A stretch of 61,478 nucleotides of DNA, filler included, from Sphacelaria rigidula (GCA_964200075.2; 10 parts of 10 records of this genome joined end to end with filler, not necessarily neighbours in it), one strand, 5' to 3'. Positions 39,922-52,241 are shown, numbered from the whole stretch's first letter. Translations and numbers: made by a program. Notes: generated by a model from the sequence alone, not told the origin.

Positions 39922-41047
39922 TGTCGCGAACCTCGAGTGTGAGATACTTGTACTAGAACGGGTGGAAATTTGATATTCTTTGCTTTTTGCGAAATTGTCA
40001 GTTTTGACCAAAAACGATATTTCCGCGAAATTCAGAGTTCAGCATTGGTCCAAGACTGTGCTTTGTTATTCGCTTCAACTTGGCCAATTTTCCACTGTGT
40101 GTGTTTTTTTTTGCCCGTAACACTGCCGTGTAATTACAGGTCGATATCATGTTGTTGTTGTCGTCCTCGTTGTCGTCGCCGTCGTCTTCACATTGAAAAC
40201 CGTTCCGATATCTGCGCAGTTCTCCACCCAGGGTTCTCAAAGGCTTCAGTGGCAAGCTACTACGTGAAGGTCATCAGGCCTCGTTTAGGGGCATTTCGAA
40301 ACCGAAATATTTCATTCATTAATTGACCGCTTCTCACCCTCAATCGTATCCTTGACTTCCGATCTCACGAAAACGCTGTTCAAAGCAGGTATGTGCTCCA
40401 AAAGCAGACGACGCTGTTTTCATTCTCCTTCACTTCACGGCCGATTGCAGCAGAACCGAGCACGAAATCAAGCATCAACTCATCGAGATCTACGCTCCAG
40501 ACTAACTCGAGCCTTGTGCTCGCGCGCCCTTCTACATATTTCATTACTACATCGACGTGTCAACAGCTTCACACATCGAACAGCTCATGAGCTACCTTAA
40601 TATTACTCATCCTTAGTGTACCCGATCCGGATCATGACCTAGCTCATTCGGCACATATTTTCATATTTGCTTTCTACAAGCTGGACGCCGGGCACGTGGA
40701 GTAGCGCAAAGATAGCGCGTTGGCTCCTTGGACCCGTTTGCCACATGTCTTGTTTTTTCGGGCAAGGGTTCTGTCTGATGGTCCTTCTCTTCGATTAGCT
40801 TTATAGGTAGCTCATGGGCTGTCCTACGAGAGCACAGCTTCCACGCCAGGACGGGTCTTCGGACATGATTTTTCAATCGAAAAAAAGTGGCGGTGGAGTT
40901 GATACGAGAGAAGTTCGCTCAATATTGTCGTATTGGGTCGAAGCGAACTTTCAAGCTTTCGATCGAAAAAAGACAGTGAAGTTCGTGAAGCGGTACATGG
41001 TGGGTTGCCCGTGTACAGTACAGTGTGAGCTGTCTGCGCTGTTTGCA

Positions 41048-41050
<3 letters not shown>

Positions 41051-41095
<45 letters not shown>

Positions 41096-41100
41096 CGTGT
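41051..41100 (+). repeat. (GT)n microsatellite
   Basis: Direct observation. Confidence 0.95.
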
Positions 41101-41557
41101 TTCGTACAGTATGATGTGAAAGAGAAGCGGGCAACGTGCAGTACAGACAGCGCAGGACTGTCTGGTCTCTCTGCTTACCACTTGCAGAGCCCTACCCCAA
41201 AACGACTTGTACAAGGTGTACTGTAGCTTTGTACTGCTTGCATTGCATTGTCCATGAGTGTGTACGCATTCATTAGCGTGTACGCAACTCGGTACCCACC
41301 CTCCCACGCGGTTCCGTCGCTGGTTCCTTTCATGACAGGAGATGCTCGAGTTTTCGCCAACAAAAAATGAGCTTGATCTATACCTGTGCTCACTTGTGCT
41401 CTATGCTCCAGGGTTGGTGATACCTTAAAATGAGTTACATGGAGCTTGCATGGTTCCATGAACTGGTGGTACGCGGCGTGGTGGTCTGTAAGATGGGGGT
41501 CAAGTGCCGCTTCGTGAATTTCGACCGAGTGTTTTCGATTGAAAAAGCTCACGAGTA

Positions 41558-42169
41558 CGAGCTTGGTCAGCTTGAAAGCCGCTGAAAGTTGCCCACACCA
41601 CAGCTTTCCCAGTTTCCCGAATGAACCCGATGTAAGCGAATCACTGTGAAATCCAGACCCACCTGATGACAGAGGACTGCGTCGCTGTTCGATTGACGTC
41701 GTATTGCCGATGACGTTTTTGTACTGCATAGAGTACGCGGTGCGTCTCATATTGTTGGGCGATAGCGTGTCGGGGTGCGTTTTTTTTTTCTTCATGGGGT
41801 GGGTTTCACGTCAGCAATCACCCCGCACTGGGTATGCGGGTATATGTAGGGTGCAGCAGCGTCGCGCGAAACGTTGCACGCACGGCCCAATTCGATGACT
41901 CTTGAGCTGAAATTTCACGAAGACCTTCTGCGACCAAGGAAATGACACATCCTGGGAGCAGCTGCAAATTCTCATTTTTTTCCTGTACTCATGACACTAT
42001 CTTGTTTCTGCTGGAATTTCAGATCCCCGTAACACCCTTTTGTTTTTTTTCTCTGTCTTCGCTGTTCTCGGGATGTTTTGCATGCCGATTATAATGGGCT
42101 GCTGTCAAAATTTTAGCGTCCAACCCATAATTAGCGAGAAAAGTATTCACTGTCGGCTGGTCCAGCCCG
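41558..42169 (-). mobile_element. Tc1/mariner-like MITE (612 bp), CGAGCTGGGCCAGC family
   Basis: TA|CGAGCTTGGTCAGC ... GCTGGTCCAGCCCG|TA; 41845-42030 is the reverse complement of 51250-51437. Confidence 0.8.
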
Positions 42170-42337
42170 TACTTTCCCTGTTCCTCCATTTTAATTTTTC
42201 TCCGCGCGCCGATACTGACAATTTTGAGTTCAAGCTTACAAGGAACAGAGATGCGGTGGACGCAACAGATGGAGAAGGAAAAAAATCGACTGCACTTTTT
42301 CCATGAAAAAAAAAAGCACCAAGACACGCCCTGGTAA

Positions 42338-42523
42338 GGCCGTGTCTTAGCACATCAGTTTACGATCGAAAAAGTGCGGTGGAAAACAAAAATCTTGATG
42401 TAATAGCCGTGATTTCAACCATCTTCCAAATTAATCATGGTTGAAATGACGGACCTATTAGATCGGGATTTTTGTTTTCCAGCGGACAATTTCGATCCAA
42501 AACTGGTGTGCCTAGACACGCCC
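42338..42523. mobile_element. Foldback MITE, probably PIF/Harbinger
   Basis: TAA|GGCCGTGTCTTAGCACATCAGTT ... AACTGGTGTGCCTAGACACGCCC|TGA. Related TIR ends at 42321-42331, ~42695 and ~48907. Confidence 0.75.
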
Positions 42524-42908
42524 TGAGGGTTAATCCGTGGGTCATGAAATCAATTTTTCTTTGTTGATGCGCCTCGTGAAATTCCTCCAGACGAAAAAAC
42601 GCGAGTGGCAACGGAACAGCAACCAGTTAGGCCGCGGTCTCTCGCTCACGAGTAGCAAACGTTTTTTTCAAGACAGACCGCTCACTCGGAGTTAGGCCGT
42701 GTCTTCACAAGGCGAAAAAGAAGTGGAAAAAGAAGAATTCAAAAGCACCAAGTTACGTCGTAATCACGCCTCCTTCGCTCATGAGTATACAAATTGCTGG
42801 TGGCAAAAGCGGTTGCGCAAATAATCTCACTATGGTCCAACTCAGCATATATCGAGCAGTTTGTCCGTGTGGCTTGTTGGACGAGGGCGGCCGAGGGGTG
42901 GGGGGGGT

Positions 42909-43006
42909 GTACTCATGATCATGCATGCCATAGTCATCAGACCTTTGACCTCGCATCCCTACAAAGCCGAGACACAGCACGCCGGATTTTCGCTGGACCA
43001 GGCTCG
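42909..43006 (-). mobile_element. Family F element 3' end abutting a G/C tract (cut by contig end)
   Basis: Minus strand ends CATGAGTACA|CCCCCCCCACCCC. Confidence 0.8.
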
Positions 43007-43701
43007 NNNNNNNNNNNNNNNNNNNNNNNNNNNNNNNNNNNNNNNNNNNNTTAATTAATTAANNNNNNNNNNNNNNNNNNNNNNNNNNNNNNNNNNNNNN
43101 NNNNNNTTAAACGCCTCGTACTCTGGGAGTGTACGTCAATGCACGCACGTCACCTCAAAAAAAGCGAGGGAGTCACTATCACGGAACGGTTTCCCCCGAT
43201 TTTTTTCGAAAAACCGGGGGAAACTGTTCCGAGATCGTGACTCCCCGACTTTTTCTCACCTGATGTGGTCCAAATCCGTGTCCATACAACGCATGCCCCG
43301 ATTTTTCACCCCCGATTTTGAAAAAATCGAGATTGGTGCTTGCCATAAAAGTGGGTCTTAGCACTTTACCATACCGTGGAATACGTGTACCGTGACCATT
43401 GGGTGGTGAGGTCTTGGGATCCGGAAACAAATCACCCGGAGGCATTACGGGCTGGGCCAGCCTAAAAACAGGCTCAAATTGTCACACCCAAATCTCGTCA
43501 ACGCAGAAAAAGTGGGTTGTGATCCCCACATCCTGGTAATCGTCCAATCGAGGGGCCGCTGTCCATCTACTCAACAGGCCGCTCACATGTTTTCTCGTTG
43601 ATTGAACGCCATATCGAGTAAACCCCGTGACGTGCGGAGACATCTCGAAACTAAAATATCTACGAAACCCCGTCACATGAGAACGTTCCTGGGGGGGGGG
43701 G

Positions 43702-43817
43702 TGTACTCATTTGTTGCTTGCTTTAGTCGTTTGACCACTGACCACGCATCCCTTTCGAGACAGAGGGGAGGGGGGCGTACTCATTTGTTGCTTGCCTTCG
43801 TCATTTGAACATTGACC
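43702..43817 (-). mobile_element. Two tandem, heavily 5'-truncated LINE 3' ends (43702-43760, 43776-43817), each followed by a C tract
   Basis: Both match 45694-45750 and end CAAATGAGTAC. Confidence 0.8.
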
Positions 43818-44333
43818 GTGTTCCTTGGGGCAAGGGGAAACGATCAATATCCTCGTCTTTCCCTGATTCGTCATTTATCGAGAGATACGGCATTCTTTCC
43901 ACTCAATATCAAATTCAATACATCGCACTGAATATCCTACATCTGGTTTTAGCAGCTTGATTTTGAAAGTCGTGGTTTGAACTTCATGATTGAAAACCGG
44001 AAGGGCATCATAAAAGCGTTACGCTACGGAAGACGCGGAATTTCTTTCATGAGTTTAGGATGTGTTGTAAAAAATGGATATTGTTTCTTGTCCTCAACTC
44101 ATGAAGATAAAACTCAATTTCTCTCGGGCCGTTTCTTTCTTGTGCCCTTGTCATTCTCCATACCCAAATTTCGAAGCACATCTCTCAAAAGCAAGCTACC
44201 AAATCCAGATGTAGCGCATTTTGCGCAATGTATTGAATTTAATATTGAATCGCAAAAACGCCAAATATCTCGATGGATCACGAATTAGGTAAAGGTCAGA
44301 GTATCGATCGTTTCCGCGTACCCCAAGGAACAC
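43818..44333. mobile_element. Foldback element with ~150-bp inverted arms
   Basis: GTGTTCCTTGGGG ... CCCCAAGGAACAC, with continuing imperfect complementarity inward. No clear TSD. Confidence 0.75.
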
Positions 44334-44541
44334 TCCACCAAAAATAAGCGTCATCTGTTGATTCTCACGTGACGGGGTTTCGTAAAGACTCTATTATCCA
44401 GTCCAGTACACTGCGAATGACGTAAGGTACGATGTGTAATGTCCATACGAGTATGCGCCATCTCCCCTTCAAAAAAGTACATTTGCTGTTGTTGTCAGCT
44501 ACCCAGGGGGCTCTCACCCCCCCCCCCTCCCCCCCCCCCCC

Positions 44542-45750
44542 ATACAAGAAGGAACGGGGTGTGCCAAACGGGGAAATGCGGGACGTGAACGAAGATAGCA
44601 TGAAATCGCTAGATGCGTCAGATAGAAGGGAGAAAACGATGGCTATATAGTAGTCAGCGTCAGAAGTATGCAGAATTCGTAATTCCTTCGTTTCTCAACG
44701 ATTTCCCAAAATTGTTTTGCTTACCACCGCTCATAACAGTAACTGTTGGATGCCAAAAAATGGGCATCTGGAAATATTTTTATCCTCTTGGCAAATATTG
44801 AAAAAATATATATCGGCGATCAATATTGAATATTGAGTGACTTACAGGCTTGACCGATCTTCGAGGGTCCTGCGAAAGTGCAGCCCCAGGTTGTAGCTTT
44901 TTGGTTTTCGGTGGAACGACTCGATCCCGATCATATAAGTGAAGACTCAAAAAAGAATAGTTTTTTTAATCTTCACCTATTCAGTGCGATAAAGCCAGAA
45001 AACTGTGCTTCTTGGACCATTCACTGTCAAAAACACCCTCCTGATAAACGGGGTATGTACTCCGTATCGCCCCCACAACACCAACTTCGGCATTGTGATT
45101 TGAGCACGGTCTGATTATTTTGCCGTAACTATCTACGCTCACACTTTCGAAGTGCTGATGGAAAATGTTGACGAAAAAAAAAAAGCCCATCCGCAGAAAA
45201 TGCTTGACAGATCTGTGCAGTATAGGAGGGAAACATGATCTCGATCGTTATTGTGAAGAATTGTATATGTATTAATTTACCTAGATATTTACCGTTTCGT
45301 TGCGGAAGAGCCGGAAAACTGTATTTATTGGACCAAAAACAGTCAATTACACCCTCCTGATAATGGTATCTAGTCCGTATCGCCCCGACAACACCAACTT
45401 GGGCACTGCAGTTTCAGCGCAGCCTACGCTTTACCCTAAATTTACCGGCGCTAACAATTTTAAGTAGTAATGAAGAATAATGCTCGAGAAAAACTCAAGA
45501 ACTACAACAACTACGAATTCTGAAAACTTCTGATGCTGACTACTATACCAGGAGATAGCTGGTGGCCACAGACGGCGGAACAGGACGGGGATAAGATATG
45601 TATTGTAAAAGCTTTTTGTATATTGTTTGGAAGAAACATAATGAGCGCAGGAATATTGGGGGTGGCTCTATCAGGAGTAGGAGCGGGGCCCCGTTTCGAA
45701 AGGGATGCGTGGTCAATGGTCAAACGACTAAGGCAAGCAACAAATGGGTA
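44542..45750 (+). mobile_element. 5'-truncated LINE (ORF2 C-terminus and 3' end), C tracts on both sides, interrupted by a DNA transposon
   Basis: YKKERGV...REKTMAI / PGDSWWPQTAEQDGDK joins across the insert and is colinear with 55422-55628. LINE assignment is by resemblance to non-LTR ORF2 C-termini and the variable 5' truncation. Confidence 0.7.
44648..45545. mobile_element. Tc1/mariner(pogo)-like non-autonomous element (898 bp)
   Basis: TA|TAGTAGTCAGCGTCAGAAGT ... ACTTCTGATGCTGACTACTA|TA; the empty site is seen in the paralogous LINE copy; internal direct repeat at ~45000-45190 and ~45315-45490. Confidence 0.88.
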
Positions 45751-45903
45751 CCCACCCCCCCCCCCACCCCCGCCCCCCCCCCCCCGCCGCCNNNNNNNNN
45801 NCCCCCCCCTCCCCCTCTCCCTGTCGGGCGCAAGCAGACCACCCACAAACACAAACAAAAGGAGGCCCCCCCCCCCCCCCCCCCGGGCCCCCTGCCCCCG
45901 TGA

Positions 45904-46266
45904 CGATCTGGGCCAGCCTAGGAGCGAAGCTGTTTGTAGTTGGCGACTTAGAAGATCGGTTATGAGAGTTCTACTTTGAAATTTGGTACTGTGGGGAGAA
46001 TCGCAAGAACATCACACCAAAAAAGTCATCCTCCGTCAGACATGGAGTTCTCCTTTCATGGGTTCATGGGTTCAGGACATTTTGTATCAGATGATTTTTT
46101 TCGTGCCCTTGACTACTGTAATGAAAAGAAGGACGTCAATTTCTTAGAGCCCTGATGTGCCCTTGCGATCCTCCATATTAACTTTCAGAGCACACCTCTC
46201 AAAACCGAGCTGCTGAATCACCTACTCGTACTTCGTTTAGGTTCGCTCCTAGGCTGGCCCGGGTCG
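45904..46266. mobile_element. MITE with ~25-bp TIR related to the CGAGCTGGGCCAGC family
   Basis: CGATCTGGGCCAGCCTAGGAGCGAA ... TTCGCTCCTAGGCTGGCCCGGGTCG. Confidence 0.75.
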
Positions 46267-46753
46267 AAGTCCCAAGGGGGGTGGGAGGGGTGGGTGGGAG
46301 GGGGACCCCTGGGTAGCTGACAACACCATATGTATTTTATTCAAGCGGAGAGGGCATACACTCGTATGGATCTCATACTCTGTACCTTCCGTTACTCGTA
46401 GTATACTGTTGTGTCGGGTAAAACCGAGGCTGAACTGTCATCGCTGAAGCGCTACCGGAGCGGACCCGGGGGGGGGGGGGGGTTGCTCTGTGGAGTACTG
46501 TACATAATAATACCAAGATAGATTAAGTGCCCCAAAGCGTGAAATCTCGAACAAGGTTTCGATAAAATACTTGGGATATGCTCAGGGACCGAACTCCAAC
46601 CTCTGGATAATGGTTGACAATGACACGATATACTTGAACGGGGGGTGTTGTCCTCCGTGATCTGAAGGTCTTCACCCTACCTGGTCAAACTGGCGAGTTG
46701 ATTTTCTTGGCTCTACAGTGGAAAAGCACGACGAACGATAATTTATCCGCTAA

Positions 46754-46930
46754 GGCCAACTCTTATGGGAGCGTTTGAAATGTTATTTTGCAACAATTTC
46801 AGAGGAGTTTTTATTTTCTTTGTCATCATGGTGAACAGGCACAAAATAAACAACTACGTCAAACAAAACAAAAAAATTCGTTTCAAATTATTGCGAAATA
46901 AAACTCCAAACGCTCCCATAAGAGTTGGCC
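46754..46930. mobile_element. Tourist-like (PIF/Harbinger) MITE, 177 bp
   Basis: Perfect 24-bp TIR GGCCAACTCTTATGGGAGCGTTTG; TAA TSD on both sides. Confidence 0.93.
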
Positions 46931-48288
46931 TAACCACCGAGATTTATTTGGAACTGAAAATAACGGTACAAATATCTGTAGATCATAGTTCGTTGGAATA
47001 CCCTCTGGAGGTTCGCAGTAAACGGATCTGTAGTGAACATCTACTATAACAGCACAAACTTACTGGCGGGGCATGTTGGTACAATGCATTATTGCACAGT
47101 ACAGTAGTATTGACATAAAGGGTATAAACAACACGCATTCGTGCTGACAAATGGTTAAACCGGGGCTTTGGAGTCTCCCGAGCTCCCGGCACTTGGAAAA
47201 AGGTGACCGCACGATACAGAATAAGAGACAGTACAGACCATATCTAAGCGGACCCCTCCATCAATACACACGGTCTACCCCACGTGATGTGTAGATGATC
47301 GTATGCACGAACAATATGCAGTCTGCTTGACTCCCTTTGTGAACGAATGTTGCCGATAAATAGCAGGTTGTCATGCCTCAGCATCACCTGACGGCGGGCT
47401 CGGTGATTGACCGCTACCCAGAGCTTCTTGCTTCGTTTTATCTATGGCACACTGAGCCAAGCCACACCCGTTGTTCTGCAGATTTTATCTCCTTGTACCG
47501 GTCACACCCATCGGTGGAAAGGATACCGGTGCACAGTATAATCAATGTACACAAGATACCTACTAGACAAGCACATAAACAGATGTTATCGAGCCCTGCA
47601 GTGCTCCGCCCCCCAAGTACCCAGCACGCCAGCGTGTTGTCGCAGTGCGCAGAAGAGGGAGCGAAAACACAGCAGCAGATGGGTATGGTGTGAAATGCCG
47701 CGTCCTATGCTTTGGTCAAGATACAGCAATACATCAGAGAGGAATCACCCACAAAAATCTACACTCTCGCCGCTCACTTTCTCTCCAGATCAAAAGCAGC
47801 TACTGTTGATGCGTGCACCGGCGGCCCTCCTGCTCCCTCTCACAACGATACCACGACTGCACTGTTGTGGGCTACACAGTACCGAACGTACGATAATAAT
47901 TAAACTTATGCACATCTGAGAGTATGGCAAAAGGTCAAGCGTACCGAACGATATGGTCATATCTCGCCTTCTCTTGCAGTAGATATCGGCGGAGCATTCC
48001 ACATGAGTTCTGGATAGCTGCAGTTGATGATATTTTTCAATGAAGAAGGTGCAGAGCACGTGGTAGACGTTAAAAAATATATGAACAGCAGAGCAACTAG
48101 TGACAAAAATCCATATAATACTGGGACCAACAGTACGGAAGAATACTCATACCTTCAAAAAGATTCAGCGAGTCTGGATACAAAGAGAATGTTATACATT
48201 ATAAAACAAAATATTGACGTGCGCTGATCAACCACGGCGACGATCGGGTTGTGTTGTTCAACCGGAATCCTCCGCCAACAATCCAACA

Positions 48289-48534
48289 ATGCTTCAGAGG
48301 ACACGACTCGGAAAGAATTGGTCTCTTTCTATTCTTCTCCTTGTGTGTCCTTTGCTGCTTAGCACTCTCGTCTTAACACCAACTACATCAACATCAACAG
48401 CAACTGCAACCGCGTTCGTCCTCGCGCCGGGTCCTCACTGTCGGCACAGTAGTTGCTCTATCAAAGGGTCGGGGTTTTGTCGACGACAGCGGCGGCATCC
48501 AATGGCTTCCATGGATACCGACAGAGCAAATCCG
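48289..48534 (+). CDS. Probable first coding exon of a nuclear gene for a plastid-targeted (or secreted) protein
   Basis: CAACA-ATG start; hydrophobic stretch SLSILLLVCPLLLSTLVL; ATA-FVL cleavage-like motif; Ser/Arg-rich transit-like segment; in-frame donor CCG|GTGAGT. Confidence 0.6.
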
Positions 48535-48709
48535 GTGAGTTCAAACATACAGAATATCTGGTTTTGCATGCCGATTTCTGGGGGCTTTCGTCGGGTCCTA
48601 GCTCGCTGGCGCAATGCACGACTGACAGCTGCACCAACGTGACACATGCTCATGAACTCTATCTGAGTTACATGGCGGTGTATAACACCCCTGATAACTC
48701 TTGGTTTAA

Positions 48710-48811
48710 CCCTTAGACCGCGATCCAAGTAGTCCATTTGGATCACGCACACTTTTTTCGAGTGAACATTGATGCCAATTTAGCAGGTGACTTATCTTCG
48801 CGGTCAAAGGG
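48710..48811. mobile_element. piggyBac-like MITE (102 bp)
   Basis: TTAA|CCCTTAGACCGCG ... CGCGGTCAAAGGG|TTAG; homologous to 9712-9815. Confidence 0.78.
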
Positions 48812-49264
48812 TTAGAACTACTTGAGCATCAGATGCTAGAGACGGATTCTATGTCGACCACAGGAAATATACTCTCTCCCTCTTCATAAATCACAGAGGT
48901 ATATAAGGGCCTGTCTTAGGGCCTGTCTTCGCACTTTTTTTTTCGATCGAAATAGTGCGATCGAATTTTTTTTTGCCCATCTGATAGGTCCACCGCATTT
49001 ATGTTCCTCGAAGGCTTCAAATCAAAATTATAATCAGCGGCGCGTGGAGAAGAATGCAACGAGAATTTTTCGCTCGGATCGATTCCACCGCCCCATTTTC
49101 CTGTTAGTTGGGTCCGGATGGATTTTCAAGCTTTCGATCGAAAAAAGACAGTGAAATTCGTGAANNNNNNNNNNNNNNNNNNNNNNNNNNNNNNNNNNNN
49201 NNNNNNNNTTAATTAATTAANNNNNNNNNNNNNNNNNNNNNNNNNNNNNNNNNNNNNNNNNNNN

Positions 49265-49450
49265 CTATCCCCTTGTCCATCTTTCCTGTCTGGTTTCTCG
49301 TTATCCCTTTTATCCCTGCCCACATTTGTTTCATACCGCCATTGAAATCTTCATTCGTTTTTTCCACTACACCTTCCCAAACTTCCTTCTTTTTCTGCTG
49401 TACCATATTTTTTACTTCCTTCCGAGCTTTGGTACACTCCTGCCATCCTA
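49265..49450 (-). pseudogene. LINE ORF2 fragment (linker between endonuclease and RT)
   Basis: WQECTKARKEVKNMVQQKKKEVWEGVVEK...KQMWAGIKGI, typical of this basic helical region; cut by contig start. Confidence 0.65.
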
Positions 49451-51099
49451 CCGTACTGAAGGGGGGGGTTCCTCGCCGCTGACGCGACGCCAGGAAAATG
49501 TGAAACCCATTTCTCTAGATCTTGTGTGTAAAAATCGACTGTGATCTGTTTGCGTGTTGTTACCCACACAGCATTTTTAGTACGTGTACAGGACGTATCA
49601 ATTACTTTTCCCTGTATTGGACGCTGCCTTACATAGCATTTTTAGTACGAGTACAACAGTACGCATCAACTTTTTTCCTCTGTATTGTTTATTCTCCTTC
49701 TCGTGCAGTAGGTGGTTCGCGTTTCGACCTGCAACAATACCCATACCCCCTTGCGCGTGACTGTCGCCCTCCTTGAAGTCACTGGTCTGTTCGCGTGCTG
49801 TTCTACCGTCTCGGTATCACTTGTTTATCACCCTAGATTGCTAGATCAGGACGGCACATGTTTTCTCATTATGCTCCTTTTCCACCATTAGAAAGGAAAA
49901 GAAAAAAAGAGTATTGGAAGCGCGATGCAAAGCAGAGCAATCTATTACATACATTGTTTCTTTGTTATATACTCAACATAATATAAACTATTATAAAAAT
50001 ACTCGCTCACGACAAACCCCCAGATGAACTGGACAATTGGTTCTCTCGTAGCCATTTCCGGTTTTACTTTGAGGCCCTCAGGGCTGAAAAGGCTTTTACT
50101 GATCGTAAACTCATTAATTGTCCGTCCTATCCGTCCGGACCTCATTACGAAGCTCCGAACCACGCACTTTTTTTGCCGGGTTGATTAGAAGCCGCGCTGC
50201 GCGAAAACACCATCGCATCGCTCATCTAACATCAATCGAGACGCCCTCAACAAGTTTCAGCCTCATTGGTGCTCATGGCGTTGTGTTTCGCTTCTGTCTG
50301 TGGTCGCTCTCAAGAACACCCCAATTCGGCCAATTTCGACCAGACCGAGCTTTGGTTGAACTTCTCAGACTTGACTGTCGCAAGTTCAATCAAGGCACCT
50401 TTGGAGGTTACTTTTTGAGGTTGGAGGCGTCACACGCAGAAATCGTCTCTCGGAATCACTTCGCTCACCCTCAAGGAGGTTCAGCTATATTGCTACTTTC
50501 TGCGTTGTCTTCGGTTGTGCGCGCCGACGCTGTCCGTGGCTGAGGCGAAGGGGGTGCTAAAGTGCGTGATATGATTGGTTCGAACTACTCTCGGTATGTC
50601 GACAAACGGCAAACATACGGGCGCTTCTGGTCACAAGGTACGCGGGCGGCGGAGACGTCTCTCGGCTTCCACGGTGACATATGGAGACTATACAGGTGCA
50701 ATCTTGCACCGCTGAACTGTCTGTGCTTGCAGAGCTGCGCTTCGCACGGGGTTTCACAAGCGGGTAAAAAATGTTGACGCCGTACCCTGCTGCGATGGTA
50801 GCATTATATACTGTACTGCGCTACGGTGTGTATCATCATAACAAACGGCACTGTACTATTCTGCACTCTGCTGTATCTTCACTTGAAGGGCGATGAATGG
50901 CACTGCACTCGTTAAGTCTTGTCGCACACTGTGCACTGTTCTCGCATATACCGACAGTACCGTCATGTATTACCACACGGCATTACCGTGTACTGTGATT
51001 GTGGAGTGTACTGGACTGTATCGTACCCTGCTGCGATGGAAATACTTTATGCTTCACTACGCTACTGTGTGTATCATCAAAACAAACGGTACTGTACTA

Positions 51100-51697
51100 T
51101 GAGCTGGGCCAGCCAACAGTGGTTAGTTTTCTCGCTCAGGCGGCGCACAGCGTAAAACTAGGAGTTGGACGCTGAAATTTCGACATCAGCTTATTATGAT
51201 CGATATGCAGAACATGACAAGAGCAGCGAAAAACAAATGAAAAAAAGGTCATGGGGATTTGAAATTTCAGCACAAACAAGATAATGTCATGAGTCCAGAA
51301 AAAAAGCGAAAATCTGCAGCTGCTCCCGTGATGTATCATTTTCTTGGGTGCAGAAGGTCTTCGTGAAAGTTCAGTTCAAGAGCCGTCGAATTGAGCCGTG
51401 CGTGCAACATTTTGTGTGACGCTGCTGCACCCCTACAATTCAAGTGGTAGAAGACTCCAATTATGGAGGTCATGAGTTCGAATCCCGACAGATTCTCTTT
51501 CTTTTCCGTCCTTCGTGAAGGCCATATATTATGGAGTACATTTTTTTCCTTTTTTTCCTTTATTCAGCGGCGGTGCCGTATGTTACCAGGTTGGTCTGCA
51601 CTTCATAATGATATTATGCTTACATCGGGTTCATTCAGGAAACTGGGTAAGCTGTAGTGTGGACAACGTTTGGCCGCTTTGAAGCTGGCCCAGCTCG
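51100..51697 (+). mobile_element. Tc1/mariner-like MITE (598 bp), CGAGCTGGGCCAGC family
   Basis: TA TSD shown by comparison with the uninterrupted unit CTGTACTATCCTACAC at 53428-53443; 14-bp TIRs. Confidence 0.93.
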
Positions 51698-52241
51698 TAT
51701 CCTACACTCTGCTGTCGCTGTACTTGAAGGGCCATGAATTGCACGGCAATCGTGAACCCTTGTCGCACACTGTGCACTGTTCTCGCTATACCGACTGGAT
51801 CGTCATGTATTACCACACGGCATTATCATGTGCTGTGAGTGTGGAGTGTACTGCACTATAGTATACCCTCTAGGGTACCACGGTATGACGCTGCTCTTGA
51901 AAGATTATTCATTGCCTGCCTGTTCTTCGACTTCATCGTGACACCACACCCCTGCAGAAAATAACCCTCAGTATACAGAGCGATTTCAATGAAAAGACGA
52001 GCGGATAAGAAGTGTTAACGCCGTACCCTGCTGCGATGGTATTAATAGTACTTTATGCTGCACCACTGCGCTACTGTGTGTATCATCATAACCAACGGTA
52101 CTGTACTATCGTCCCCTATGCCGCCGATGTACTTGAAGGGCGATGAATGGCACTGCACTCGTGAACTCTTGTCACACACTGTGCACTGTTCTCGCAATAC
52201 CGACTGTATCATCATGTATTACCACACGGCATTACCGTGTA

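Noticed and set aside
41175..41795. 206-aa ORF and related short ORFs (LPGWSA...LAQLV) as a gene family
   Set aside because: They cross the terminus of a MITE; the similarity is nucleotide-level repeat sequence and frames are not maintained.
49460..49870. LINE ORF1 esterase (GDSHAQG) upstream of the ORF2 fragment
   Set aside because: One motif-like match amid stops; insufficient evidence.
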